NCBI RefSeq assembly: GCF_021378375.1
Contig: NZ_CP076228.1
Span: 780,001 to 812,000, forward strand
DNA: 32,000 nucleotides
From: Wolbachia endosymbiont of Drosophila innubila
Lineage (GTDB): Bacteria > Pseudomonadota > Alphaproteobacteria > Rickettsiales > Anaplasmataceae
Reading direction: 5' to 3'
Shown here: piece after piece, positions 11,756 through 21,095 of the stretch
How positions within the stretch are numbered: the stretch's first letter is position 1
Layout: every line of letters starts with the position of its first letter
Translations under genes and position numbers: made by a program
Notes under the pieces: generated by a model
What the model saw: only the letters and a program-made list of their open reading frames with translations
Database searches by the model: none
What the model was told of the DNA's origin: nothing

Positions 11756-12238
11756 TTAAAATGGTATTTCATCGTCGAGTAGTTCATCTTTTATATCGTT
11801 GTCAAAACTTTCGTGTTTATCTTTTTGTTCTGTTTCACCTTGTTTGTATTCACTTGGCTTGTAATCAGAATTTGGCGCACTATTTCGTGAATCCAAGAGA
11901 GTAAGAGCGCTATTAAAATTATATAGAACCACCTCTGTTGTGTATCTTTCACCACCGTTTTGGTCAGTCCATTTTCTAGTTCTCAAAGAACCTTCAACAT
12001 AAACTTTACTGCCTTTACGTGCAAAATCTTTGACGATTTTTACTAATCCTTCACTAAAAATTACGATATTATGCCACTCTGTCTTTTCAGAGCGCATACC
12101 GGAAAGTTTGTCAGTCCAACTTTCAGACGTGGCTATTGAAAAACTTGCCATTTCTTTTCCATTTTGTGTAGTCCTAATTTCAGGATCTTTTCCTAAATTA
12201 CCAACTAGTATGACTTTGTTTATGGTACCACCAGACAT
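11756..12238 (-). CDS. ssb: Single-stranded DNA-binding protein
   Basis: The OB-fold N-terminus is INKVILVGNLGKDPEIRTT and the acidic C-terminal tip is DDEIPF. Confidence 0.93.
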   Translation of the reverse strand: MSGGTINKVILVGNLGKDPEIRTTQNGKEMASFSIATSESWTDKLSGMRSEKTEWHNIVIFSEGLVKIVKDFARKGSKVYVEGSLRTRKWTDQNGGERYTTEVVLYNFNSALTLLDSRNSAPNSDYKPSEYKQGETEQKDKHESFDNDIKDELLDDEIPF

Positions 12239-12305
12239 AATTATGCTCTAAATAAATCCTTTTATTATCTTATGTGAAAATACTATTGTCAAATTTAATT
12301 AAAAG

Positions 12306-12379
12306 TGCGCTTGGAGGGATTCGAACCCACGGCCTTTGCCTCCGGAGGGCAACGCTCTATCCAACTGAGCTACAAGCGC
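12306..12379 (-). tRNA. tRNA-Arg (CCG)
   Basis: The reverse complement reads GCGCTTG-TA-GCTCAGTTGGATAGAGC-G-TTGCC-CTCCGGA-GGCAA-AGGCC-GTGGG-TTCGAAT-CCCTC-CAAGCGC-A. The anticodon is CCG. CCA is not encoded. Confidence 0.9.
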
Positions 12380-12392
12380 ATATATATTTAAG

Positions 12393-13211
12393 TTATTTAA
12401 TAGATAAGCCATCCAAGTCAAATTTTTGTTTTGGATAAAGCGTAAACATAATACTCCCATATCCAAAATATACATTTTGAGAATCATTCGCATGCTTTTT
12501 TATTGCTTTTTGATCTACGGTCCATACAAAAGTTACATAATTTTCAGTGACTGAGTGCACTTTTAAATCCTTAGTATTTATAAACAGTTTTCCATTTACC
12601 CATATTTTCCATGTATCGGGAGAAAGATATAAAATTGAGTCTAAACTCACTACCTTACCGTTGAAATTATCTGATACTTCCTCTTTTGCAGCTCTTGAAG
12701 ATCGTAAATTGAACTTTTCCATTTCATTGACCATTCTATTAACTGGCTCTTCATCAAAAAAAATGCTTTTTACGTTACTATATTGTGACAAAACGTCAAA
12801 GTCACTTTCCACTGCTTCTCTTATTATATCGTCCCGATCTGTATAGCTTAGTTTTTGATTGTTGATAAAGAAACACTCTTTTGCACGCAAATTTGCTATA
12901 TCAATAAAATCGTCGATTTCTTGATTGCCAACTTTAAGAATACTTTCAAAATATCTTTTTTCTATCATCATTCCATACTGAGAATGATGACAAACCATTT
13001 CATCATTACCTTGTTTTTCTATATATACGCATAAATTTCCACTATTTAATCCTAATATTTTATGCTCAATAAAATCTTCATTGCCAATATATTGTCGGCA
13101 AGAATACTCCTTACAAATTTCTATGCTTTCTATGATATCTTCACAACTGCAATATGCATTAACATTGGAAATGAGTAGCGTAAAAATAAAAAACAGCTTT
13201 ATGTTCATCAC
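12393..13211 (-). CDS. Secreted/periplasmic hypothetical protein (third gene of the envelope operon; C-terminal beta domain possibly like the PilP/GspC HR domain)
   Basis: The signal peptide is MMNIKLFFIFTLLISNVNA. There are seven Cys between residues 21 and 113. The C-terminus is beta-rich (KVVSLDSILYLSPDTWKIWVNGKLFINTKDLKVHSVTENYVTFVW). The start lies 1 nt after the upstream stop. Confidence 0.6.
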   Translation of the reverse strand: MMNIKLFFIFTLLISNVNAYCSCEDIIESIEICKEYSCRQYIGNEDFIEHKILGLNSGNLCVYIEKQGNDEMVCHHSQYGMMIEKRYFESILKVGNQEIDDFIDIANLRAKECFFINNQKLSYTDRDDIIREAVESDFDVLSQYSNVKSIFFDEEPVNRMVNEMEKFNLRSSRAAKEEVSDNFNGKVVSLDSILYLSPDTWKIWVNGKLFINTKDLKVHSVTENYVTFVWTVDQKAIKKHANDSQNVYFGYGSIMFTLYPKQKFDLDGLSIK

Positions 13212-13212
13212 C

Positions 13213-13821
13213 TTATCTACTTAATATAGTATACCAATCAAAGACTATATTAGCTCTCACTATCTCTATCATATTACCATTCAAAATCTGATTCATAGTT
13301 GCAGCATCAATATTTCTCTGCTTATTTAAAATAAGAGATTTGATCATAACATAACCTGGCAGATTTGGAATAGACTGTAGAAATAAAAAAATATGCTTAT
13401 CGCTGATTGAGCTTAAATTTAGGATCACTTCACTTTTTATTACTTTTGTGCGTTCACTTTTGTTGTGGAGCTCAACTTCTTCGGGTATAGAAATTGATAT
13501 TTCAGGTTCTAATATATAGTACTTTTTATATAACTTGCTAAGCTCGAAATTTAAATTTGCAATGTATCTGCTACTATGTAAATTTGAAGAGGAAATTTTT
13601 TTCCATAAATCTAGGTTTTTATTTAGAACAACTTCCTTTTTTTGAATTCCAGTAATCTGTAAATTAATAGAACGTATTTTATCAATCGCAATTTGGTTTT
13701 TATTATAAATCTTTTCGTTATAGATAACAACATATGTTAATAACCCTATTAATCCAACAGATAATAACAAATACGATATAAACTGAATTGTAGCTTTTCT
13801 TTTTAATTGAGAGATAGTCAT
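13213..13821 (-). CDS. Bitopic membrane protein, hypothetical (PilO/GspM-like topology)
   Basis: A single N-terminal TM helix (residues ~12-34) is followed by a coiled-coil-like stretch. The C-terminal pattern VILNLSSISDKHIFLFLQSIPNLPGYVMIKSLIL...IVFDWYTI resembles the PilO/GspM ferredoxin-like domain. There is a 4-nt gap to the upstream gene. Confidence 0.6.
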   Translation of the reverse strand: MTISQLKRKATIQFISYLLLSVGLIGLLTYVVIYNEKIYNKNQIAIDKIRSINLQITGIQKKEVVLNKNLDLWKKISSSNLHSSRYIANLNFELSKLYKKYYILEPEISISIPEEVELHNKSERTKVIKSEVILNLSSISDKHIFLFLQSIPNLPGYVMIKSLILNKQRNIDAATMNQILNGNMIEIVRANIVFDWYTILSR

Positions 13822-13825
13822 TAAT

Positions 13826-15265
13826 CTACATTGCCTCTCCTATTTCAACATCAATAGATAGATTTTGCTCTTTAGCAGCAGGTAAGCTAGAAATATTAAT
13901 GTCATAGGTACGAAAATTATCGTTTAAATTTTTTCGTAGTTTCTCGTATTGATGAGAAATATTTTTACCGGATTGAAAATTAAACTTTAAAGTTGTGGTA
14001 ATATAACTTTTTGCCTCATTATAATTCCATTCAAATGATCGAAGCTCTATACCTGGTATTTTTAACTTTTCTACATACTTAACTTGTGTAAGAGGAGAGT
14101 ATTCTATTTTTGATAAAATATTATTGATATTAATAAAATCATAAATTTCATCTATTTTTTTTACATTATAGCTTTGGCTAAGTTTTGTTAATTGGTTATT
14201 TAAGGTGTTCTGCTTTGCTGATAAATTATCAACGACATTGAAATTTGAATACAAATTTAGCAAACAAAGGGTGTTTGTTATAACTAAAACCAGGGCGAAG
14301 TATAGAAAAATTCGAGGAGAGTTTAAATAAAGGTAATTGAATAGATAAAATTCTTTAGTTTCCTTTGTATTAAAAATAGCTGCTAATTTATTCTTAAAGC
14401 TATGAAACAAAATTATGGTATCGCAAAAGTTATCTTTTTCACTTATAGCTAGTTCTGCTCCTAATAGTTTGCCTAACTCATATGGAGTTAATATGTTCAC
14501 ACTGTTCTCTGAAAAATTTATGACTGATAAACTAGCTTTGATATCTTCTGACACTATGATACAAAGGTCGATAGGGTTATTTTTTTCAAACCCAAACTTA
14601 GTTAAGGATCGAATAGTATCTTGCACTTCCTGATATATTCCACCAGCGATAATTCCTGGTAAATTATCATTAGTAAATGATGTTAAGCGCGTAAATACCA
14701 TTTTATTCTCTTTGAGAACCACTTGTCTATAGCCTCCCGTTTTAGTTGCAGCAACTATAATTTTCCAATTATTAGGATCTTTATGTAGAATCTTTTTTGT
14801 TATATTACTTATTTCTATAGGAAACATTAATATTCCCTTAAAGTTGGAGCCTATCTCAATAAACACATTCAACCAATATTCTACTAAATGCTTTGCTTTT
14901 GATGAAACAAGAAGATAGCACCAGTTTTGATTGAATTTGTTTGGCTTCTCAACAAAAAAAACTGAACTTATGTCATTATTACGAGAAAAATGCTCCATCT
15001 TTGTTTTTGCTGATAGATAGGCACTAATCTTGTTTGCCCTTGTAATAAACTGTAGCGAGTAATTTTGATCTGCATGATTAAGCACCAGGTATAAAGGTGC
15101 TTTTTTATCTGACGAAAGACATGAAATTAAATCAGAAACTGCTTTATCGTTTTTGCCCTTAACAAAATACCTTTTATTTAAAGTATTATTTTTAAAATAT
15201 AGTAACATTATGCCTTCTTCTCCAATAGAAAGCATAAACTTACTTTTGGATTTTGAACTAAACAT
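13826..15265 (-). CDS. Membrane protein, hypothetical (topology like a PilM-PilN fusion or GspL)
   Basis: The 479-aa ORF has a ~315-aa cytoplasmic alpha/beta domain and a single TM at ~318-339 (IFLYFALVLVITNTLCLLNLY). A ~140-aa periplasmic part follows, with a coiled coil and then beta strands. Confidence 0.6.
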   Translation of the reverse strand: MFSSKSKSKFMLSIGEEGIMLLYFKNNTLNKRYFVKGKNDKAVSDLISCLSSDKKAPLYLVLNHADQNYSLQFITRANKISAYLSAKTKMEHFSRNNDISSVFFVEKPNKFNQNWCYLLVSSKAKHLVEYWLNVFIEIGSNFKGILMFPIEISNITKKILHKDPNNWKIIVAATKTGGYRQVVLKENKMVFTRLTSFTNDNLPGIIAGGIYQEVQDTIRSLTKFGFEKNNPIDLCIIVSEDIKASLSVINFSENSVNILTPYELGKLLGAELAISEKDNFCDTIILFHSFKNKLAAIFNTKETKEFYLFNYLYLNSPRIFLYFALVLVITNTLCLLNLYSNFNVVDNLSAKQNTLNNQLTKLSQSYNVKKIDEIYDFININNILSKIEYSPLTQVKYVEKLKIPGIELRSFEWNYNEAKSYITTTLKFNFQSGKNISHQYEKLRKNLNDNFRTYDINISSLPAAKEQNLSIDVEIGEAM

Positions 15266-15626
15266 ATTAACAAAGCATATACTTATCTAGAATTAAAAAG
15301 GCAATTTATTGAAATTCATTAAACGTTAGAGGGAAATATTGTTATAAATTTTCGCAGCAACATTATTTATATTATAATTTTTTTATAAAATTACCACTAA
15401 TATTAAGTTATTTAGATAACAAATTAAGAAAATTCATTAAGACGAATTTGTTGTTTTTCAAGTTGTAGGTAAACCTAAGCCACTTTAGCTATATCTGCCG
15501 ATTGACTTTAATTAATAAGAGTTATTAATCTATTTACTATTCTTGTAATATTATTTCTAATGGTAAAGAAATATATATTTTTCTGGAACAGTTGTTATTT
15601 CAGATACAGAATTTATTGTAAGTAAA

Positions 15627-17372
15627 CTAACCATTTGCTGAAGAGCGCTCATCTTCTGTGGTACTTGATGATGGAGCAACTAATTTGCTCAAAATCTCAT
15701 CTTTTGGTCCCATAGCGTAAATGATACCATCTGACATGAGGATCACCTTATCAACTACGGACAATAACGGTAGCTTGTGAGTGATGATAACAGTAGTAGT
15801 ATTTTGTTTTCTTGCAATGCCAATTGCATTAATTAAGCATGCCTCTCCATTGCTATCTAAGTTAGCGTTTGGTTCATCAAGTACTAAAAGTTTTGTGTGA
15901 CCATAAAAAGCTCTGGCAAGTCCAAGAAGCTGTTTTTGGCCGCCAGAGAGCGTTACTCCTCCAGGACCTCCTATTGTTGTATCATATCCATTTGGTAAGC
16001 TTAGTATTAGTTCATGTATTCCTGCAATTTTTGCTGCTTTGATTATTTCTTCAGGATTTGGATCTGGCCTCATGCGAGCAATATTAGCTTTGACACTAGT
16101 GTTAAATAACTCAATATCCTGAGGTAAGTAGCCAACATAATTACCAAAATTTTCTCGATTCCAAGTATATACATCAGCGCCATCTAGTCTGACTACACCA
16201 GATATTGGCTTCCATACACCAACAGTTAATTTTGCGATAGTGGATTTACCAGAAGCACTTGCACCAATAACACCAACTACATCTCCAGGATCTATAATGA
16301 ATGATATTCCTTTTACTGTCGGCTTATTGCTTCCATAAGGAGTAAAAAATACTCTATCAAATTCCAATTTTCCTTCAGGTTCTGGTAGAGCCATCGTTTG
16401 CTCTCTTTTTGGCGATGTTAATATAAGTCTTTGTAGCCTTCCATATGACATTCTAGCCTGATTTAAAAACTTCCAAGTATGAACCGCAGCGTCAAATGGT
16501 GCTAATACTCTACCCATTAAAATTGAAGCAGCGATGATGCTACCGGCAGTCTTATGAGCTGTGATTGCAAGTAATGCACCTGTTCCAATTACTGATATTT
16601 GCAGAGTTGAGCGCAAAAATTTAGTGATTCCAGTAATTACATTAGAGCGATTTTGTGCTTTAATTTGCATTGCTCGGTTCTGATCATTTCGTTTACACCA
16701 ATCAGAGACTATGAATTCTGACATGCCCATAGCTTCAACCACTTCTGCATTTCTTGTTGCAACATCTATAGCATTGATATTCCGTATAGTTTCTTCGTTG
16801 GTTTCTTGTAATATTCGTTTAGTGGCAAGTTCATTCCATATTGCCATAGAGACTAATATAATAATTCCAGTAATAGCTATAAACCCCGTGGAGGTATGTA
16901 TCATGAAAATCACAACAAGGTAAATTAACGACCATGGAGTATCAAACAGTGAGAATATACCATTTCCTGTAATGAAATTTTTTATCACTCCGAGATCTCG
17001 TATTGCTTCACCACTTGAAGTTGAGCTCTGCACTGACGTTAGCCTGATTGACCTTACTATCAGATCTGGTGTTGCAGTTTTATCGATCCAATCACCTATT
17101 TTTGCCATGGCTAAATATCGACAAGTTTCAAGCATTGCAGAACATGCAAATGCAGATAAAGTGATAATTGTCAGCATAGTTAGTGTTGATACACTTTCGC
17201 TCGATATCACCCGATCAAGCACTTGAGAGATATAAAGTGGTAGGAATAACATTAATAAATTGATTCCCGCACTAAACCAAAAGATAAACCAAAATGCACT
17301 TTTGCATTTTTCTAGGCAAACATATAGAGTACTTTGCTTCAATTCTTTTTTTATTGATGGCGTAATTTCCAC
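15627..17372 (-). CDS. Type I secretion system ABC transporter, permease/ATPase (PrtD/AprD/HlyB family)
   Basis: The 581-aa ORF has an N-terminal six-TM domain, Walker A GASASGKST, ABC signature LSGGQKQ and Walker B LLVLDEPNANLD. There is no N-terminal C39 peptidase domain. Confidence 0.88.
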   Translation of the reverse strand: MEITPSIKKELKQSTLYVCLEKCKSAFWFIFWFSAGINLLMLFLPLYISQVLDRVISSESVSTLTMLTIITLSAFACSAMLETCRYLAMAKIGDWIDKTATPDLIVRSIRLTSVQSSTSSGEAIRDLGVIKNFITGNGIFSLFDTPWSLIYLVVIFMIHTSTGFIAITGIIILVSMAIWNELATKRILQETNEETIRNINAIDVATRNAEVVEAMGMSEFIVSDWCKRNDQNRAMQIKAQNRSNVITGITKFLRSTLQISVIGTGALLAITAHKTAGSIIAASILMGRVLAPFDAAVHTWKFLNQARMSYGRLQRLILTSPKREQTMALPEPEGKLEFDRVFFTPYGSNKPTVKGISFIIDPGDVVGVIGASASGKSTIAKLTVGVWKPISGVVRLDGADVYTWNRENFGNYVGYLPQDIELFNTSVKANIARMRPDPNPEEIIKAAKIAGIHELILSLPNGYDTTIGGPGGVTLSGGQKQLLGLARAFYGHTKLLVLDEPNANLDSNGEACLINAIGIARKQNTTTVIITHKLPLLSVVDKVILMSDGIIYAMGPKDEILSKLVAPSSSTTEDERSSANG

Positions 17373-17614
17373 AATCTTCCTCTTAATTTGATTACATGCA
17401 CCATATACAATTTTTATTACAAAAATATTAATAACGGTAGTTAGCTTACTTTAAGTGAGTAAAATATTAATATATGTGAATAGGAAATATAAACAATGGT
17501 AAAAAGAAGTATAGTTAATATTTCCTTCATTGCCTATAGCGAAGCTACGTCATACCGCGATTCATTCCATAGCTGTACGAACATTCATTTTTGAAGGTAA
17601 ACTGCATAGCAAAT

Positions 17615-17643
17615 GGTGTCATGAAAGTAGCTGACACTGGGAT
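17615..17643. repeat. 5' half of a WPE-like element, interrupted
   Basis: GGTGTCATGAAAGTAGCTGACACTGGGAT matches the 5' arm of the copy at 27612. It stops exactly where the inverted-repeat-bounded insert begins. Confidence 0.7.
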
Positions 17644-17969
17644 GGCTTTGTTGCATCGCTACTTATGAAAGGCTAACTATAATTAGGATTATAAGCAACT
17701 TATTGAAAATCTTGTTTTTTTGCAATCAATCTGATCAAATTTAAGAATAGTAATTTGTTATTTATATTAATAAATTTAATTCTATTGAAAATAGCTAAAG
17801 CATTGAAATTCTTGAATTTTAGCCAGATTAGTGAGTGGTAGTGAAATTTCTTTTACTCAAAATTAGGTATTCACTGACCGTTCTTGTTATAAATACCAGA
17901 ATAATAAGCTACTGATATTCTCCACCTTTTTTATCTTTAATCCATCATAGCTAGCGATGCAACAAAGCC
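17644..17969. mobile_element. MITE-like 326-bp non-coding element with perfect 18-bp terminal inverted repeats
   Basis: GGCTTTGTTGCATCGCTA (17644-17661) is the exact reverse complement of TAGCGATGCAACAAAGCC (17952-17969). The 290-bp AT-rich core has no ORF. Confidence 0.5.
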
Positions 17970-18062
17970 CACCGATTCATTCTACTGCAACGCAGAAAAT
18001 TCGTACAATTGTGCATAATGTGGGGCTTCTGGCTACATTTTTCTATTGAACTCACCTTTTCT

Positions 18063-18854
18063 CTATGTGACAGATTTCGTATTAAATTTTAAATTTAATG
18101 CGCCTAGATATACAAGCATTCCTAGCAAAACCATAGGTATAGAAAGCAACTGCCCCATAGTTAAATCAAGCCACAAATAGCCAATTTGATAGTCTGGTTC
18201 GCGAAAAAACTCAACGAAAAAACGTGCTATTCCATACCACATAACTGCAATACCAGTTAACGCACCGTGATACAGTCTTATTCTAGTTAAGAAAAACAGT
18301 GAATTTGCAACTGCAAAAAGTAGCAGTCCTTCAAAAAGTGCCTCATAAAGCTGGCTTGGATGATGCAGCAAATTATCACCACTCTCTGGAAATACCATAC
18401 CCCATGGCATAGTTGTAACTCTGCCAAATAACTCTCCGTTTATAAAATTGCCTATGCGACCTAAAAATAAACCTATGGGAACTCCGCAAGAAACTAGGTC
18501 CAGTGCATAAAATGTAGGGATATTATGTCTTTTACACGAAATTATTACTGCAAGCAAAACTCCTATAGCACCACCATGAAATGACATCCCTCCTTCCCAG
18601 GTCTTCAATATCTCAATAGGGTTGCTTATATAAAGAACTGGATCATATATCAATACGTAGCCAAGTCTACCTCCAAGGATAATACCTACAATAGTGGCTG
18701 TTAATAACGAATCGTAAAAATTCTTAGTAAATATTTTTTGGTCATCTAGCTTATGTAAATACCAATATGCAAACACTATACCCAAAACGTAGGCTAAGGA
18801 ATACCAATATATAGAAACAGGACCGATGCTGAAAATTACTGGATTTAAAGACAT
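18063..18854 (-). CDS. lgt: Prolipoprotein diacylglyceryl transferase
   Basis: The 263-aa polytopic membrane protein has Lgt motifs (GGMSFHGG, GRIGNFINGELFG). Confidence 0.92.
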   Translation of the reverse strand: MSLNPVIFSIGPVSIYWYSLAYVLGIVFAYWYLHKLDDQKIFTKNFYDSLLTATIVGIILGGRLGYVLIYDPVLYISNPIEILKTWEGGMSFHGGAIGVLLAVIISCKRHNIPTFYALDLVSCGVPIGLFLGRIGNFINGELFGRVTTMPWGMVFPESGDNLLHHPSQLYEALFEGLLLFAVANSLFFLTRIRLYHGALTGIAVMWYGIARFFVEFFREPDYQIGYLWLDLTMGQLLSIPMVLLGMLVYLGALNLKFNTKSVT

Positions 18855-18860
18855 ATTTTG

Positions 18861-19310
18861 CTATAAATTATTCTTAGACAATCTACTTTTTTCACGATCC
18901 CACTCTCTCTGTTTTATGGTTGCTCTCTTATCGTAGAGTTTTTTTCCTTTTACAATGGCAATTTTAGTTTTTGCAAATCCTTTATCGTTAAAATAGACCG
19001 AAAGCGGCACAACAGTTATCCCAGCAGTCTTGATTTGACCAATTAGTTTATTTATCTCCTTTTTATGCAAGAGTAATTTACGTTCCCTTTTTGGTTTATG
19101 ATTTTTTCGGTTCGCAGCTTTATATTCTGCAATATGCATATTGTGCAGCCATACTTCGCTATTCTTTTCAACAACGTAGGCGTCGGAAATATTTACTTTT
19201 CTTTCTCTTAGCGATTTAACTTCACTGCTTAATAAGACCATACCCGCTTCAAATTCTTCTAAGATGAAATATTCAAACCTTGCTTTCCTATTTTCTGCAA
19301 TAACTTCCAT
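18861..19310 (-). CDS. smpB: SsrA-binding protein
   Basis: The 149-aa ORF contains [17 protein letters not shown]..., KLLLHKKEI and a basic C-terminal tail. Confidence 0.93.
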   Translation of the reverse strand: MEVIAENRKARFEYFILEEFEAGMVLLSSEVKSLRERKVNISDAYVVEKNSEVWLHNMHIAEYKAANRKNHKPKRERKLLLHKKEINKLIGQIKTAGITVVPLSVYFNDKGFAKTKIAIVKGKKLYDKRATIKQREWDREKSRLSKNNL

Positions 19311-19430
19311 ATCTAAAGATATCTTTAAGCTTCAATATATTACAGAGTTTTTGACTTAATTCATAATAAAACAGTTATCCCAATAAATATAAGGTGCCAG
19401 GCTAGTCTGATAGCAACAGGATAACAAAAA

Positions 19431-20208
19431 TCAAGTAAGTGCTTTTTCTGTCTCTCTAGGCACAGGTTCCTTTACTTCTTTCATTTCAGGTTTAGGCTTT
19501 GACATTATATATTGACCAGCACCAACTATGAGCGCAGATCCTGCAGCTAGTCCAATTATTGCTGGTACAGATAGGGCAGTAGCAAATGCAAGTGCAACAC
19601 CAACTATCACTGCAGTTACAAAACACACAATAACACCTTTTACAATTGCATTTTTTGCAGATTGTTCTTTATTCTTTCACAATTGCATTTTTTCCAATTT
19701 GTTTTTCTTCCTTTTTCTCTGGAAGCTGCATTACATCTTTATTTTCAGTAAGATCCTTTGGCGTTTTTTTATTCTCATTTTTTAACGTTTGCTTTTTTTC
19801 CGCTTCCTCTAAAAGCTGAATTATACCTTGATCTTTAGTGAGGTCTCTTGGCGTTTTTCCATCAACATCTTTTAATGAAGGGTCTGCTCCAGCTTCTAGC
19901 AGAACTTTTACTATACCTTCGTGGCCATTTTTAGCAGCAAGATGTAAAGGAGTACGTCTATCACCATTTTTTGCCTTAACCTTTGCTCCTTTTGCGATTA
20001 GAGTTTTTACTACATCTTCGTGGCCATTTGCAGCAGCAACATGCAAAGGAGTCCATCTATCAGCATCCTTTATATTAACATCTGCTTTCTCAACTAGAAT
20101 TTTTACTACCTCTATGTGGTTCCCTTCAGCAGCAAGATGTAAAGGTGTACATCTATCATCATCTTCTGCATTAACATTTAGAGGTTGTCCGGAAACTAGT
20201 AAATTCAA
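19431..20208 (-). pseudogene. Ankyrin-repeat protein with a C-terminal two-helix TM anchor, disrupted twice
   Basis: ORF 19669-20208 has 3-4 ANK repeats (TPLHLAAxxGHxxVVKxL). Its apparent start is a TTG inside the IS terminal repeat. ORF 19431-19628 encodes the hydrophobic tail. The two ORFs are separated by a +1 frameshift caused by a 37-bp tandem duplication. Confidence 0.8.
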
Positions 20209-21095
20209 GCATATTCCCTCTTTAACATAACCCTACTCATAGCTAGGTATATGAAATTCTCAGTGGATGTTGTGAGTAAATCATACTCCTTCGATAGCCT
20301 TCTATTCCTATTAACCCAAGCAAAAGTCCTTTCTACAACCCATCTTCTTGGCTGTACTTTAAACCCTTGTTCTCTTGTTGGTAGTAGCTCAGGTGGCGTA
20401 TCTTTGTGCACCCAAAATCTACATGGAGGCCTTTTAACAATTTCAATATCTATGTCATATTCTTCCTTTATGTGATTCTTTAAATTTCTTCCTTGGTATC
20501 CCATGTCAGCCCACATTTTTTTAACTTTAGTATATTTTGTTCTCATATTGTTTAATGCTATTTTAATACCATCTCTATCATTTTCGTTAGCAGCGCCTAC
20601 GTAACAACCTAGTATAAAACCCTGAGTGTCTGTAATTATATGCCTTTTTCTACCCTTTACTTTTTTACTTCCATCATAGCTTTGATCCCCCCTTTTCTGT
20701 AGTCTTTACAGATTGACTATCTACTATACAGGCACTCGGCTGCTCATTCTTTCCTATTTTTCTTCTACTATATTTTGTAATTTCATAATTCATTTTCTCA
20801 AAAATTCCCTGCTTCTTCCATTGCCTGAACTGCTCATACACAGTCTTCCATAGCGGAAAATCATTTGGTAAATACCGCCATTGACACCCTGTACGCAATA
20901 CATAGAAAATTGCTTCTAATATTTCTTTTTTGCTATACTTTGGCAGCCTTCCTCCTTTCTTGTATGATACTCTGAAGTGTTTTTCTATTCTTGCCCATTC
21001 CCTTTCGCTTAGATCTGTTGGATACTTTTTTCTCATCTTTACCCCGTACTAAAATTTCAGATATTATAGCCTTTTACTTGTTTCCGGACAACCTC
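20181..21095 (-). mobile_element. IS5-family insertion sequence (ISWpi1-like), 915 bp
   Basis: The terminal inverted repeats are GAGGTTGTCCGGAAAC[T/A]AGTAAA, matching at 22 of 23 positions. The flanking triplets are TTA (20178-20180) and TGA (21096-21098). A two-ORF transposase lies inside. Confidence 0.88.
20205..21036 (-). CDS. IS5-family DDE transposase, OrfA (20674-21036) and OrfB region (20205-~20690) joined by a frameshift at a G6 run
   Basis: OrfA reads MRKKYPTDLSEREW...CIVDSQSVKTTEKGG. The +1 frame after GAAAAGGGGGGAT (C-run 20687-20692 on the + strand) continues as DQSYDGSKKVKGRKRHIITDTQGF...MWADMGYQG...VVERTFAWVNRNRRLSKEYD. Confidence 0.85.

Noticed and set aside
12299-12493. A 64-aa ORF on the minus strand overlapping tRNA-Arg.
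   Set aside because: It reads straight through a well-folded tRNA gene and overlaps the 3' end of the 272-aa CDS in another frame. It is an ORF-caller artefact.
13826-15265. Reading the 479-aa protein downstream of the T1SS ABC gene as the HlyD-type membrane fusion partner.
   Set aside because: HlyD-family adaptors have their single TM near the N-terminus, followed by long periplasmic coiled-coil and lipoyl domains. Here the TM is at residues ~318-339, after a large cytoplasmic domain, and a 360-bp gap separates it from the ABC gene.
19838-20230. A 130-aa ORF on the + strand, antisense to the ankyrin gene.
   Set aside because: It is a typical shadow ORF of a repeat-rich gene with a biased composition. 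The minus-strand frame gives clean ANK repeats, and the plus frame has no recognisable features.
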